A DNA stretch of 64,000 nucleotides from Eledone cirrhosa (GCA_964016885.1 OZ024746.1:78926001-78990000); one strand, 5' to 3'. Positions 33,591 to 46,135 are shown, counted from the first letter of the stretch. Numbers and translations: made by a program. The notes: generated by a model not told the origin, from the sequence alone.

Positions 33591-33796
33591 AACGAGTAGG
33601 ACCCCGACGGCTGAGCTCAAGCCGTTTCGACGGCTAATTCTGGACTAAAATGTCTAAATAGTCCAGAATTAGCCGTCGAAACGGCTTGAGCTCAGCCGTC
33701 GGGGTCCTACTCGTTCCTATTACCCACTCTACTACCCTAAGTATTGAGTACTTTGGTGCGTTATGGTCCACCTGGTTCCTTACCACATTTCCTTCG

Positions 33797-33800
<4 letters not shown>
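33589..33800 (+). mobile_element. Penelope pLTR fragment with perfect fold-back
   Basis: 33589-33717 palindrome (~58-bp arms) containing the 3' half of a hammerhead, GAAA-cggc-ttgagctca-gccg-TC|gggg; (TA)n both sides. Confidence 0.8.
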
Positions 33801-33838
<38 letters not shown>

Positions 33839-33866
33839 AAGAATAGAGGTGTAACACACAAGTTAT

Positions 33867-34077
33867 TATATATTGGTAAACGGAATAGAAAATGCTGACA
33901 AATTGTTCACAGTTGAAAAATAGTTTAATTAGGAATAAAAGAGTATTAGTAATTGTATTGGTTAGTATTCAAAAACCACAACTGAATACTAACCAATACA
34001 ATTACTAATACTCTTTTATTCCTAATTAAACTATTTTTCAACTGTGAACAATTTGTCAGCATTTTCTATTCCGTTTA

Positions 34078-34087
<10 letters not shown>
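33867..34087. repeat. Perfect fold-back (~105-bp arms, 11-nt loop) with degenerate hammerhead-like motif
   Basis: Arms 33867-33971 and 33983-34087; aatg-CTGACAA-attgt-tc-acagtt-GAAA-aatagtt-TA-att. Confidence 0.85.
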
Positions 34088-34140
<53 letters not shown>

Positions 34141-34142
<2 letters not shown>

Positions 34143-34748
34143 TGGCTGCCAACTCGTTTTCGAGTACGGCCACTACTTTATATCCATGTAGGAGAACCCC
34201 TACCGAAGCGCTGCATGAGTGTGACTTTTTAGTCCAGCCAGCGACTTGAAAACTCTGGTACAAACACTACACTTGTGACAATTATTGACACATAGTGCTG
34301 GGCCCATGGTACCATGTGAGGACAAGTGCAGAGAGATCTCCAGATATAAAGCAATGCCTGTGCCGTGAAGCTTTTATAGTGAGCAAAGGCACTGCACAAA
34401 GCCAGTCCCACTCTCTTAACCAAGATGATATTTACCAAAAAGAAGAACAAGTCAACATCATTGGATACCATCAAGGTTGCAGGTGTTATATCAGAGTTTT
34501 CCTTCTCCTAGAATTCTGCCTTGACAAAGGCTAAGGGGTCATCTCTCCCGGTGATTTTGGATGGCCATTGACTCTTAAGAGCTCCTTTGCCCTTTGACAG
34601 GTTTTGTTTTTAGTCCTGCAGGATGTCCAAAGTCACCCTCCTCACCAAGAGACCTTGGTGGGGTTGCCAGTTTAGTCGCCAACGACCCGACCATGAGGCA
34701 GGTTGTACTGGGATACATGTTACCAGTAGCACCAACTGGTGACCTGAC
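34141..34748 (-). mobile_element. ~600-bp RTE-derived non-autonomous element (copy 3)
   Basis: Colinear with copies 1 and 2; flanked by (TA)n. Confidence 0.6.
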
Positions 34749-35185
34749 ATAATATATATATATGACAATATATATATATATATATATATATACGTACACA
34801 TACACATATATACTCGTATATATGTATGAATATATATATAACAATAATTACAGTGTAATATGTACGACTACCTATAAAAAAGTGAGAACTCAACACCTTT
34901 ATCATGGAGAATATTTTACAGGTATGGTCACGTTCAACGTTTCACAATGCCTAACATAGCCGGACTTCAATTTACCTCGCTCGAAGAAACCTCGAAATAT
35001 ACGACAAACTTTTTTTCTAGGAAAATTAAAATTTATTCCTTGTGTACATGTATTGAGTGCTTTCTCAATTGAGGCTTTAATGTTTTATGTATAACTATAT
35101 TGTAAACACACGTTCACAGATGTTGATTTCTATAGAATCAAAAACATAATGTGAACACTGAATACTGAATATTGAACTTTATTTT

Positions 35186-35577
35186 AGGGCGATGGTGGAT
35201 TGGCAGTATCGGTAGAGGGTCGAACGCCATGCTTTTCAGCATAGAGTTACGGCCCTTTACGGTCTAAGTTCAAATCCCGCCGAGGTTAACTTTGCCTTTC
35301 ATCCTTACGGGGTCGATAAAATAAAGTACCAGTAATGCACTGAGTAATTGCTGGCCTTGTACCAAAAGTAGAAACAATTATTTTAGGGCGGTGGATTGGC
35401 AGTATCGGTAGAGAGTCGGACGCCATGCTTTGCAGCCTAGTTACGTCCCTTTACGGTCTAAGTTCAAATCCCGCCGAGCTTAACTTTGCTTTTCATCCTT
35501 ACGGGGTCAATAAAATAATGTACCAGTAATACACTGGCGTAATAGCTGGCCTTGTGCCAAAAGTAGAAACAATTATT
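35186..35577 (+). mobile_element. Tandem dimer of ~195-bp tRNA-derived SINE
   Basis: A box tggcagtatcggtag, B box gttcaaatccc, central gcctttcatccttacggggtcgataaaataaagtacc, tail gctggccttgtgccaaaagtagaaacaatta. Confidence 0.9.
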
Positions 35578-35890
35578 TTAGCATAAGAGAGGATTTAGTG
35601 TCAGTTGGGTATGTTTTACGGTTTTCAGTAACGATCTGTAAAACAAATTGTTTCTAGGTTTCATCTTTTGTGAGAATGTTATTGTAATCCTGAATGAGTT
35701 TGACACCTCTTTCTGCAACATCATTCACAACAACTGTCTTCTCAAGGTTTGTAAGTCCACTTCTGTAACCAGGATCATCCTTCCATGTTGAAGGGTCTTT
35801 GTCGAGGAAATCAGTACTGATAGAAAATCTCATGAAGAAAGTTTTTGTACCAGGAGTTACAAAAGACGAAAACTCGATGTTTGTAAAGAA
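35574..35890 (-). pseudogene. hAT-superfamily (hATm-like) transposase C-terminal fragment
   Basis: SFVTPGTKTFFMRFSISTDFLDKDPSTWKDDPGY...VVVNDVAERGVKLIQDYNNILTKDET*KQFVLQIVTENRKTYP; absent from the ORF track (no Met, internal TAG). Confidence 0.8.
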
Positions 35891-35989
35891 AAGTCATTTT
35901 GGTGCAGAATGTAGCTCTTCAGTTGATTTTTTCACCTTTGGCTGCTTCTAGCATAACTTGAGCAATATTTGCCTTAATATCACCTTGGT

Positions 35990-36540
35990 CTCCTTGCCCT
36001 CCTTGCTCTCTTTTTCTCCTTGCTCTCCTTTTCTCATTGCTCTCCTTGCTCTCCTTTTCTCCTTGCTCTCCTTGCTCTCCTTGCACTCCTTTTCTCATTG
36101 CTTTCCTTGCTCTCCTTTTTTCATTGCTCTCCTTGCTCTCCTTTTCTCATTGCACTCCTTGCTCTCCTTTTCTCATTGCTCTCCTTTTATCCATGGTCGC
36201 CTTTTCTCATTGTTCTCCTTGCTCTCCTTTTCTCTTTGCTCTCCTTTTCTCTTTGCTCTCCTTTTCCCATTGCTCTCCTTGCTCTCATTTCTCTCCTTGC
36301 GCTCCTTTTCTCATTGCTCTCCTTGCTCTCATTTTCTTCTTGCTCTCCTTGTTCTCCTTTTATCCTTGCTCACCTTGCCCTCATTTTATCCTTGCTCTCC
36401 TTGCTCTCCTTGCTCTCGTTGCTCTCCTTTTATTCTTGCACTTTTTGCTCTTCTTTTATCCCTGCTCTCCTTTTCTCCTCGCTCTCCTTGCTCTCCTTTT
36501 ATCCTTGCTTTCATTTTCTCCTTACTCTCCCTTTCTCCTT
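35990..36540. repeat. Pyrimidine-rich TTGCTCTCC(TTTTCTCA) minisatellite
   Basis: Mixed 9- and 17-nt units. Confidence 0.85.
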
Positions 36541-37070
36541 GTATCTATGTACATGTTTATGTACAAACACAATGAGAAAAAGGGAGCAAAGAGAAATATG
36601 AAAGCAGGGATAGTAAGGAGAGTATATATATATATATATACATATATACATATCACATATATATATATGTATATATGTATATATTACTCAATACCGAGTA
36701 CATTTCTCTCAGCTCTCAATCACATGCGGATATATATATATTAGTAATAGGTAATTTTCCGAAAGTTAAAATTTTGCTGCAAGTTGCCTTCCCCATTATA
36801 TGTATTGTCACTCCTCCTTCTAATACCAAGAATAACTCTGAACAATTTTTTAATTTAAGAGAAAATTATATAAGATATAAAAACATTTTATATGAAAAAA
36901 TGACTTTCCGGGTGAAAACTTAAAACTTTTACGGTCGATGAGGGTCGCCTTGGAGTTGTCCGCTTGTACTAAACTTTTGCATAGATTAGTGTTTTGATAA
37001 TTGGAACAGGATAGGCGGGTGGGAGCTAAACTTTTAAAATGTTGAAAAATAAAGGCCACCCTCATATATA

Positions 37071-37202
37071 TAACGAAGGAGGTGTGGTAAGGAACCAGAT
37101 GGACCATAACGCACCAGAGTACTCAATACTTAGGCGAGTAGAGTGGGTAATAGGAAAAAGTTTAAACCCCACGGCAGAGCTCTGCCGTTGGGGTTAAACT
37201 TG

Positions 37203-37207
<5 letters not shown>
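37071..37207 (-). mobile_element. Penelope pLTR fragment folded back at the hammerhead stem III loop
   Basis: Reverse copy of the 33.7-kb family ending in aagtttaaaccccacggcagagctctgccgttggggttaaactt. Confidence 0.75.
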
Positions 37208-37228
<21 letters not shown>

Positions 37229-37239
<11 letters not shown>

Positions 37240-37458
37240 TACATGAATCAAAGTTCTGTTTAAACCATTTCTTCCCTTACAATTGTTTCTTCCAAACCGA
37301 GGTTTGAAATCTTCGGAGTAATTTTTCAATGATTTTTTACATACTTGACCTCCTTTCCAACACAACAGACATATAGAAACATATGTATATGTTGGAAGAA
37401 ACAATTGTAAGCGAATAAATGGTTTAAACAGAACTTTGATTCATGTAATTTCTATATA
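37229..37458. repeat. Fold-back element with ~65-bp inverted arms
   Basis: tatagaaattacatgaatcaaagttctgtttaaaccattt..cttacaattgtttcttccaa and its reverse complement at ~37392-37458. Confidence 0.8.
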
Positions 37459-37609
37459 ACTGCTCTGTAGAACAACTGATGTTGTTATATTGAGCTATTT
37501 ATCTTACTGGTAATAAGTGATAAATTACTGTCTTTCACTATTTAGGGTTTAAAATATATATAACTATAAAAGGTTTTAGTATATACATAACCATAAATAG
37601 TATCCTTAA

Positions 37610-37676
<67 letters not shown>

Positions 37677-37798
37677 TAAATTTGAAGACTAAAATCCAAA
37701 GAAGGCTCGATAAGGATAAATATACATCAAATATATAAGAACCGTAGAGCAAATATTTATAAAAATAACAGATTAAAGTTTAATCTGTTATTCTAATA

Positions 37799-37850
<52 letters not shown>

Positions 37851-37997
37851 TCTACTAGTAATCATGCATATTTCAATTTGATTTTACCCGCTAGTGTATT
37901 GAGATGAGCGATTTCTAGATGAGCTTCCATACATGTCAATGAAACATATGTAAATGCTTGAAATAAATCCTATTGTACAGTGTAGTGCGTATCTGTG

Positions 37998-38144
<147 letters not shown>

Positions 38145-38186
38145 ATGATATTAAATAAATGGAAACTATATTTATAAAACCATATT

Positions 38187-38247
38187 TATTCTATTATATA
38201 TATTTCAATGGTACCAAAACTTTGGTACGCCCTCATCAGATAAAATA
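38187..38247 (-). ncRNA. Type I hammerhead, intact core
   Basis: tattttat-CTGATGA-gggcgtaccaaagttttggtaccatt-GAAA-tatata-TA|atagaata; 8-bp stem I; adjacent sequence shared with 58520-58570. Confidence 0.8.
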
Positions 38248-38343
38248 CAAAGTTTGTTTTATAAATATTGACATATCCAGGAAGAGGATCTTAACGGTCC
38301 AAGTTTTTCCTGGATAGTAAAAGGAAAGAATGGAAGTAAATGA

Positions 38344-38417
<74 letters not shown>

Positions 38418-38468
38418 CAAAGGAATTATGGTAAGGAACCAGATGGACCATAACGCAACAGAGTACTC

Positions 38469-39586
38469 ACAGATCTTATAGGATTATTCCTACTATTTAA
38501 ACTCACCGAAATGTTTCCTGCATTCGGTGGTGGATTGTACCGGGATGATGGGATCCTCACCCTCAAAGGGTACAACCCCAGTAGTACAGACCGGGTCCGT
38601 AAACAACTAATCAACTTCTTCCGGGACTGAGGATTTAAAATTACCCTACAAACGTCCCTAACCCGAGTTAATTTCCTGGACGTTTAACCTCGAAAATGAT
38701 CTGTACTATCCATACAGGAAACCAAACGACAACCTGCACTACATCTACCGCCGCTCTAACCTGTCCGCTAATGAGCAGATATTCGACGAACACGCGCCTC
38801 ATTACAACCAGGCCCTCAAGCGGAGTGGCTTCCGGGAGGAAATATCCTTTATCCAGCTTCCCTTAGTGGAACCAGCAGGCGACACCGCCGCTCACGCAAC
38901 GTAACGTGGTTCATTCTCCCCATAATGCCGAGGTGGAAACACCCATCGGGAAAATCTTCTTTAGATTCCTCGAAAAACACTTCCCACTACAACACCGCTA
39001 CCACAACACAATCAACAAAAACACCATCAAACTCTCCTACAGCACCACACCTAACTTCGCACAAAACATCGTCTCCTCAAACAATAAAAACCTCAACCCC
39101 TATGGAAGAAATAACCTAGACATCAGTGGAGAGCCGACCAGGAGGTGTAACTGCCCTGATAGATCTACATGCCCCCTCAACAACAAATGCCGAGAATGTA
39201 ACGTGATCTACCAGTGCAACGTGAGGACGGGCACCTCCAACAAAGCTTATATAAGATTAATCGCGTGTGACTTCAAGACTCGGCTCTACCAACACCGACA
39301 TACTTTTCGAAACCCGGTCCGGCGACATGTCACTACACTTTCGGGCCACATCTGGGACCTCCAAGATAATAATATAACCTACAATCTCACTTGGAGCTTA
39401 CTGTCCAGAGCCAACTCTTACACGGGAGGACGCCGTCCGTGTAACTTATGCTCGGAGGAAACATTACAAATGCTGTTTTCGAAGGACCAACTCCTAAACA
39501 AGAAAGACGAACTGGTAACCGCATGCAAACACAGATTGCGTAGGACTTACCTTGCCCTCAAACCCCATAATGACCCGGGTGGGTAG
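38469..39586 (+). pseudogene. Penelope-like RT C-terminal part and GIY-YIG endonuclease (disrupted)
   Basis: TDLIGLFLL...GLYRDDG...VNFLDV...YPYRKPND; CNCPDRSTCPLNNKC, VIYQC, AYIRL, FKTRLYQH, CNLCSEE, ACKHR; TGA 38628-38630, frameshifts and a deletion. Confidence 0.92.
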
Positions 39587-40278
39587 ACAAGGGCTGATAG
39601 CCCCCCTCCCCACTAGCCGAATAAGTTAGGGGAAACCCCAGCTTACTTAGGTAGATGTATCTCCTTTCTTTTCTTTTCCTCTTTGTCTTCTTCTTCCCCC
39701 TGTCTCATCCTATCACTTCCTTCCACCCCCTATTTCGTTCCTGGTCTGCTTTTCCCCTTTCGCCTACCCCGATGCAGCCTATCGGGCCTCTGTAGCATCA
39801 GTTCCCCCACCCCTGTAATTTTAAGATAGAATTGACCGAATACGTTTTACTAACTACTTATAGCAGGCGTGTTAAACCCCTTTAATTTTGTATCAGTTCT
39901 GGTACTACTCAATTCTACAATTTTTTTCTATTCTCAACTTATTAACCTGTAATTGTAAGATAGCATTGTGATTTTTTTAATTCATTTCTCACTATCTAAT
40001 TTTATATATTTTATTTCTTTTCATTATCATTTATTGTCTCCTACTCTCATTCGATTTACCTATTCTATAACCTTCATCCTCCACTTCATACACTATCCTT
40101 AGAATCTGCTGTATACATATCACTTTCAACGCTTGACCGCTCCACACTCTCCCTTATTGTTCTACAGGCAAGTTCAGCCACCCCTACCTCCCACCAAATG
40201 CCATGATAGACTTATTTGTGTTTACAACAAATGTTAACCAATCCTCTTGACAACTACAATCTTCCCATATAAGGAAGT

Positions 40279-40375
40279 ACCCCCTTGACAAGTTCGGCTA
40301 TTTATTCACCAGGCTAAACATTCTAATTTAGTCCAGAAATAGTTGTCGAAACGGCTTGAGCTCTGCCGTCGGGGT
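40279..40375 (+). ncRNA. Full-length hammerhead with degenerate first box
   Basis: accccc-TTGACAA-gttcggctattt...aaatagttgtc-GAAA-cggc-ttgagctct-gccg-TC|ggggt. Confidence 0.65.
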
Positions 40376-40542
40376 CATACTATTTCCTATATATATATAT
40401 TGATTCAACAAAAATGAGATCGATAAAACAAGTACCAGACATAAAATATATAGCTACTGGTACCGATATGATCGACTAGTTAAATCCCTTCCGTGCTGTG
40501 CCCAAGCCTGGTCGCAGTCTAATGGCTGACACCAGTAACATA

Positions 40543-40573
<31 letters not shown>

Positions 40574-41104
40574 AAGAATAAAAGAATATATATATAGCAA
40601 GAAATTGAATTTCTAATGTATAATAGATAAAAGCTAAAAATTGTTGGGGCGGTGTTGTGTGACAGGTGTTTGGGATGTGTGGATTAAGTAATCAGAAGAA
40701 AGGGCTTGATATGTTGACAAATGAGGTATTGGGTGTAGTATGGGAGAGAGATAGAGTGATAAGGTTAGAGGGAGTGAAAGAGACGAAAGTAGTAGAGGGT
40801 CAGGGGAGGGCCTGGTGGTGTTGGTGGTGGTGAGTAAGTAATTTACGTCAAGCATGAGTAAAGCTGTTGAACATTAAACGTATATCACCACCTTTCTTTC
40901 TTCCTTTTAATAGTTGTTTTCTTTTTTTTTACTTTATTTTTAATTTCTTTTTTATTTATTCATTTTTCTGTTTTCTTTCTTTTTGTTTCGTGTGTATACT
41001 TTTTTTATGTTTTATATTTATTTTTTTTAAATATTTTTACCTGTTTGTTATTTTAACTTTTTTTTTCATTATTGTTATTGTTAATATTTTAAGTATTATC
41101 CTCA

Positions 41105-41497
41105 ACACCACCACCACCGCTGTCACCGCCACCACCACCGTCACCACCACCACTACCACCACCGCCGCCAACACCGTCATCACCACCACCACCACCACCA
41201 CCACCACCACCACCACCACCACCACCACCACCACTACCATCACCACCACCACTACTACCATCACCACCACCACCACCACCACCACTACCATCACCACCAC
41301 CACCACCACCACTACCACCACCACCGTCACCACCACCACCACCACCACCATCATGATCATCATTGTTTTTACTAACCAATTTCGATAGGCTTGGTCTTGC
41401 ATGAGAAATGGCGCAGAGCTGATTACAATTAACCTGAATACGAAGCAACTCTATTTGGCACACCGCTAAACATACACACACACACACTAACACTCAC

Positions 41498-41528
<31 letters not shown>

Positions 41529-42253
41529 GATACACAAACACATATACATACACAAACACACACACAGATACACAAACACATATACATACACAAACACACA
41601 CACAGATACACAAACACATATACATACACAAACACACATAGATACACAAACAAATATACATACACAAACACATATCCACACAAACACAAACACACACACA
41701 GAGAAACACAGACACACACATGCACGTATACACACAGACAGACACACACAAACACATAAACACACACAAACACAAACACACACTCACAGAAGCACAGACA
41801 AACACACTTGCACATATACACACATACACACAGAGAGACACTCAAACACTCATACATATACACACACAAACCCAAACAGATGCACACACACACAGAGAAG
41901 CGCAGACACGCACACATATACGCAATCATATACATACACACATACACACGCACTCACACATATACACAAACACGCACACATATGCACAAAAACAAATACA
42001 CGCTCATACACACACAAACAGACACACAGAAGCACACACACACACACACGCCGCACATATACACACAGAGACACACACACAAACACATACACATATACAC
42101 GCAGAAGACACACACAAACGCTCACACGTATACACAAACACATACACACACATACACAAACACTCACACATATATACACAAATACGTATAGACATGCATA
42201 CACACTCACACATATTCTCCCACACACACACAAGCACAGACACGCACATGCAT

Positions 42254-42315
<62 letters not shown>
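41105..42315. repeat. (ACC)n followed by degenerate (CA)n and (GA)n
   Basis: Direct inspection. Confidence 0.9.
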
Positions 42316-42318
<3 letters not shown>

Positions 42319-42470
42319 CTCAAGCATGACAAAATATATAAGGTGTGTATGAGAGAGAGATATAGAGATGTAATTTAGTGTTAATATAAATTGTAGTTCT
42401 TAAACATACATTTATATTTATTTTACTTTATGGTAATTACTTTCCTCCTTCTCAACCTTTCTTTCCTATA

Positions 42471-43081
42471 TAAAGTCTGTTCGCTTTTTACGCGAACTTG
42501 AAGTACGCGAATTCGCTTTAACGCCTCTTGAAAAAAATATTATTAGGAGGGCGGCAGATTGGCAGTATCGGTAGAGGGTCGGACGCCATGCTTTGCAGCA
42601 TAGAGTTACGTCCCTTTTCGGTCTGAGTTCAAATCCCGCCGAGGTTAACTTTGCCTTTCATCCTTACGGGGTCGATAAAATAAAGTACCAGTAATGCACT
42701 GGGATAATTACTGGCCTTGTGCCAAAAGTAGAAAAAAATATTAATGTAAGGTCGGCGGATTGGCAGTATCGGTAGAGGGTCGGAAACCATGCTTTTCAGC
42801 ATAGAGTTACGGCCCTTTGCGGTCTGAGTTCAAATCCCGTCGACGTTAACTTTGCCTTTCATCCTTACGGGGTCGATAAAATAAAGTACCAGTAATGCAC
42901 TGGGGTAATTGCTGGCCTTGTGCCAAAAGTAGAAACAATTAATGTAAGTATTCACTTTGCGCGAATAACGCGTGTGGTTTTAATTTTTTTATTTATAAGA
43001 AATTTAGACTTGAATAACGCGAATTTGCTTTACGCGTCGCGTTCACGAACGCATCTTCGCGTAATAAGCTAACAGATTGTA
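42471..43081. mobile_element. Tc1/mariner (pogo/Tigger-like) MITE interrupted by SINEs
   Basis: Imperfect TIRs including flanking TA: taaagtctgttcgctttttacgcgaa and ttcgcgtaataagctaacagattgta (22/26 match). Confidence 0.65.
42548..42945 (+). mobile_element. Tandem dimer of ~200-bp tRNA-derived SINE
   Basis: Same family as 35186-35577. Confidence 0.9.
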
Positions 43082-43223
43082 TATGTATGTGTATGTATAT
43101 GTATGTGTATGTATGTGTGTCTGTCTGTCTAGCTGCCTGTCTGTATCTGTGTGTATGTAAGTGAGTACTTGCGAATGATATTTATAATAAAGCTTCAATA
43201 TAGCTTCGCCCTTTCTACACCAA

Positions 43224-43260
43224 CTGAAGAAGCGAATAGACGCTGAAATATCTAGATGTC
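43224..43260 (+). ncRNA. Hammerhead core with stem I lost
   Basis: CTGAAGA-agcg-aataga-cgct-GAAA-tatctagatg-TC; near-palindromic stem III; flanks do not pair. Confidence 0.5.
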
Positions 43261-43384
43261 CCAGAAGACTAGTGTAAGGTATGCTTACACATATATTGTG
43301 TTATGGCTACATTCGAGATTCACTCTCTAGCTCTCTCTCTCTCTCTCTCTCTTTCTCTGTTTATTTACTTCTTATAGACATAAG

Positions 43385-43430
<46 letters not shown>

Positions 43431-43620
43431 TAAGTAAAAAAAGAGAAGGAAAAGAGAGAGAGGGGGAGAAAGAGAGAGAGAGAAAGAGAGATCGGATCAA
43501 GGAAACCACTAAATATAAGAGGGAAGGAAGATGGAAAGAAAAGAGAGGAGGGGAAAAAAAGAGAAATATCGGACAAAGGAAACCATTAAACATGTGAGAG
43601 AGGGTGAGTGAAAGAGAAAG

Positions 43621-43651
<31 letters not shown>

Positions 43652-43652
43652 A

Positions 43653-43688
<36 letters not shown>

Positions 43689-44138
43689 GATACGAGAAAA
43701 TATGTTTCTATTAGTCTTTCAATTTCCATTGTTGATACTATATGTTTGTGGCAACTCTAGACATAGCCCAAATAAGTTCTACTTAGTTATAAAACACGTT
43801 GAATAAATGTCTCGGTGAGAGGTATCGTTGTACCTGGTGAGGTTCATGTGTGCCTGGTTACCTTATATACCGCTTCTACCTATTTTAACTTTCCTAACAA
43901 TGCTATCTGGAGTGTTGTAATATGGAGCCTCTGTCATATTAGATTTCTCGCTTGTATATAAACACGCCTGATTCGTTACCGTTGTACGTTCTTGTCGCTT
44001 TAAATACAATCATTCACGGTCGGCTGTTATTTCTAGAAGGGCATGATGGTAATCGCTTTCTCCGTTTGTATTCTACTGGTCCATAACCTGGAGTCGTAGG
44101 GGCGCCATCATGACATACAGCGCGTCTTAGGCTTTTAA

Positions 44139-44357
44139 CCCTTTAGCATTTAAACCGGCCATATCCGGCCAGAATTCTCTCACCTCTTTTTGTTCAAACT
44201 GGCTGTAACTTGCTACTCATACTTATGTTAAGGTACTGTTCTCAAAATAAATAATATCAAAATCTCATAGATTCGTTATTATGTGAGATATTATTTGAGA
44301 TAAACCTTTACCGCGAAAATACAATAGTAAATATAGATAAATGTAAATACTAAAGGG
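44139..44357. mobile_element. piggyBac-type MITE
   Basis: TTAA at 44135-44138 and 44358-44361; TIRs CCCTTTAGCATTTA and TAAATACTAAAGGG (13/14). Confidence 0.85.
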
Positions 44358-44563
44358 TTAAACCTGACAGAGCCCTTCCCTCTCGAGGTCGGATTTCTTT
44401 TGAAAAAAGAGAGACAGAGACATAGAGATAGAAAGAATACGAGTAATATATAGAGGAAGAATCGACTGGATTGGTGTTTTATTTATCGCCCCGACGTTCT
44501 AACGACACAGCCAATTCGCCGCCTTATCTGTCGCTACATTGTCTGAAAAAGGTCAATAGCTGC

Positions 44564-44918
44564 CGCAACCTTGCAGTCTGCGACTAACCCAGGTTCTGCT
44601 GCACGCCGGGCTGAGGAGGCAAAACTCTCCAAATACAGGTTTGCGGCCGTACCCTTGGCAGTAGAGACTTATGGTGTCTTCGGCCCTAGGGCTACCTCCC
44701 TACTCACCACCATAGGCGCTGAGCTGGCCAGCCGCGGGTGTGAGCCTCGCCAGATAGAATGGCTCTTCCAGCGCATCTCCCTTGCCATCCTCATGGAAAC
44801 ACCTTCTCCATTCTGTCCGCCGGGGCTGTGGGGAGGCCACCAATATGATTGACTGACTTGTCATTTTATCAGTCAACCTGCTATTTGTTTCAATATATCT
44901 ATTTGTTTCTTTAAAAAA
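44564..44918 (+). mobile_element. 5'-truncated CRE-like (RLE-type) non-LTR retrotransposon
   Basis: GSAARRAEEAKLSKY..VPLAVETYGVFGPRA...WLFQRISLAIL; poly(A) tail; 18-bp TSD AAAAAGGTCAATAGCTGC at 44546-44563 and 44919-44936. Confidence 0.85.
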
Positions 44919-44961
44919 AAAAAGGTCAATAGCTGCTGAAATACCTTATATACATTCACCA

Positions 44962-45090
44962 AGGCGTGTCTTAGTGGTTAGGGTGTTCGGCTTCCAGTCT
45001 GAAGATTGTGAGTTCAATATCCGGTGACATGTGTCTTTGGGCAAGAGACTTTATTTCATGTGGTTGCAGTCCACTTCACTGGTGCCAAAA
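44962..45090 (+). mobile_element. CORE-type SINE 5' part
   Basis: ggcgtgtcttagtggttagggtgttcgg..gagttcaat..gggcaagagactttatttca. Confidence 0.65.
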
Positions 45091-45981
45091 TGTATCGACC
45101 TTTGCCTTTTCCTTGGACAACATATATATACGTATATATATAGTATGTGTATATATGTGTATATATTTCAATTGCACGTACATACATTTATAAGGAGAAA
45201 GAAAGAAAAGAAGAAAAAATAAAGACAGAAGGTGGGGGAAATTCTATCGATAAAATAAATTTCTAACTTGGGTGTAAAGCCACATATTTTTGTGGGAGAT
45301 AGGAACAGTCGATTAAATTTACCCCTAAAGTCGACTGATGTCTATTTTATCGAAGCCAGGCGGCTGGAAAATAAAGTAGACCTTGGAGGGATTTCATCTT
45401 AGAATACGTAGTTAAGAGAAATATATATTTTGAAAGTAAGGGGTTTCTATGCAGTTGTATATCAATAAATGTATGTACGTATATGTTTCTATCTATGGGT
45501 ACTGAACGTAGAACGTAGAAACCTGACAATGGTCAACTCTCTTAGAGAGAGAGAGAGAGAGAGAGAGAGAGTAATCAGGGGGAAAATTATCGAATATGAA
45601 AGGCAAAGTTGAGCACGGCAGGAGTTGAACCCAATGAGAATTCTATCCGACGTTCTAGCCACTCTGCCAGTTCACCACCTTACGTATATGTCTATGTCAC
45701 TTTAGGAAGCCATGAATGTGTATAAGGTTCCGAGTACATGTATATATGTATGTCTGTCTGTATGTATGTATGTTCTTCTGGTTTTATAATCTCAAGATGT
45801 GTATTGAGGTACTTACTAACATATCCCCAATAATCACAGGCATAAATCTGAAGGTGTAATCAGGGTGGAGTATCTGCAGATTTCTCATCAGTTCTGCATA
45901 AATATTCTCCTTTTCGCTAATCTTTGATATTATATTGGCATCTGCTGGGCAGCTAACTTCCACTACTGTGCCTGCCTTCTT

Positions 45982-46072
45982 TAGGGGTTCTCCTACATGG
46001 ATATAAAGTAGTGGCCGTACTTATTGGTATATCGTGCAATGGCCATACTCGATAACGAGGGGGCAGCCATCA
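45982..46072 (+). mobile_element. RTE-type 3' tail fragment related to the 600-bp element
   Basis: taggggttctcctacatggatataaagtagtggccgtac is the reverse complement of part of the 34141 copy; followed by ctcgataacgagggggcagcc. Confidence 0.6.
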
Positions 46073-46103
46073 TGAGTGCAAGTATATGGGAATGCTCGTA
46101 TAA

Positions 46104-46135
<32 letters not shown>

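Larger units (their letters stand above)
38415..40390 (+). mobile_element. 5'-truncated Penelope-like (Naiad-type) element with inverted pLTR piece at its 5' end
   Basis: 38415-38468 is an inverted pLTR piece; RT/EN 38469-39586; 3' UTR ends in a hammerhead and pLTR at 40279-40390; (TA)n both sides. Confidence 0.88.

Noticed and set aside
35186-35290. tRNA gene
   Set aside because: A and B boxes are present but the cloverleaf is not, and a SINE body follows in every copy
35958-36744. Leu/Ser/Cys-rich membrane protein or minus-strand Gly-X-Y collagen-like repeat
   Set aside because: Mixed 9- and 17-nt units break frame and introduce TGA on the minus strand
38628-38630. In-frame TGA as selenocysteine (some Naiad PLEs are selenoproteins)
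   Set aside because: Not at a conserved Cys position, the copy has other disabling lesions, and the CxCx5C/CxLC/CxH motifs of all three PLEs use ordinary Cys codons
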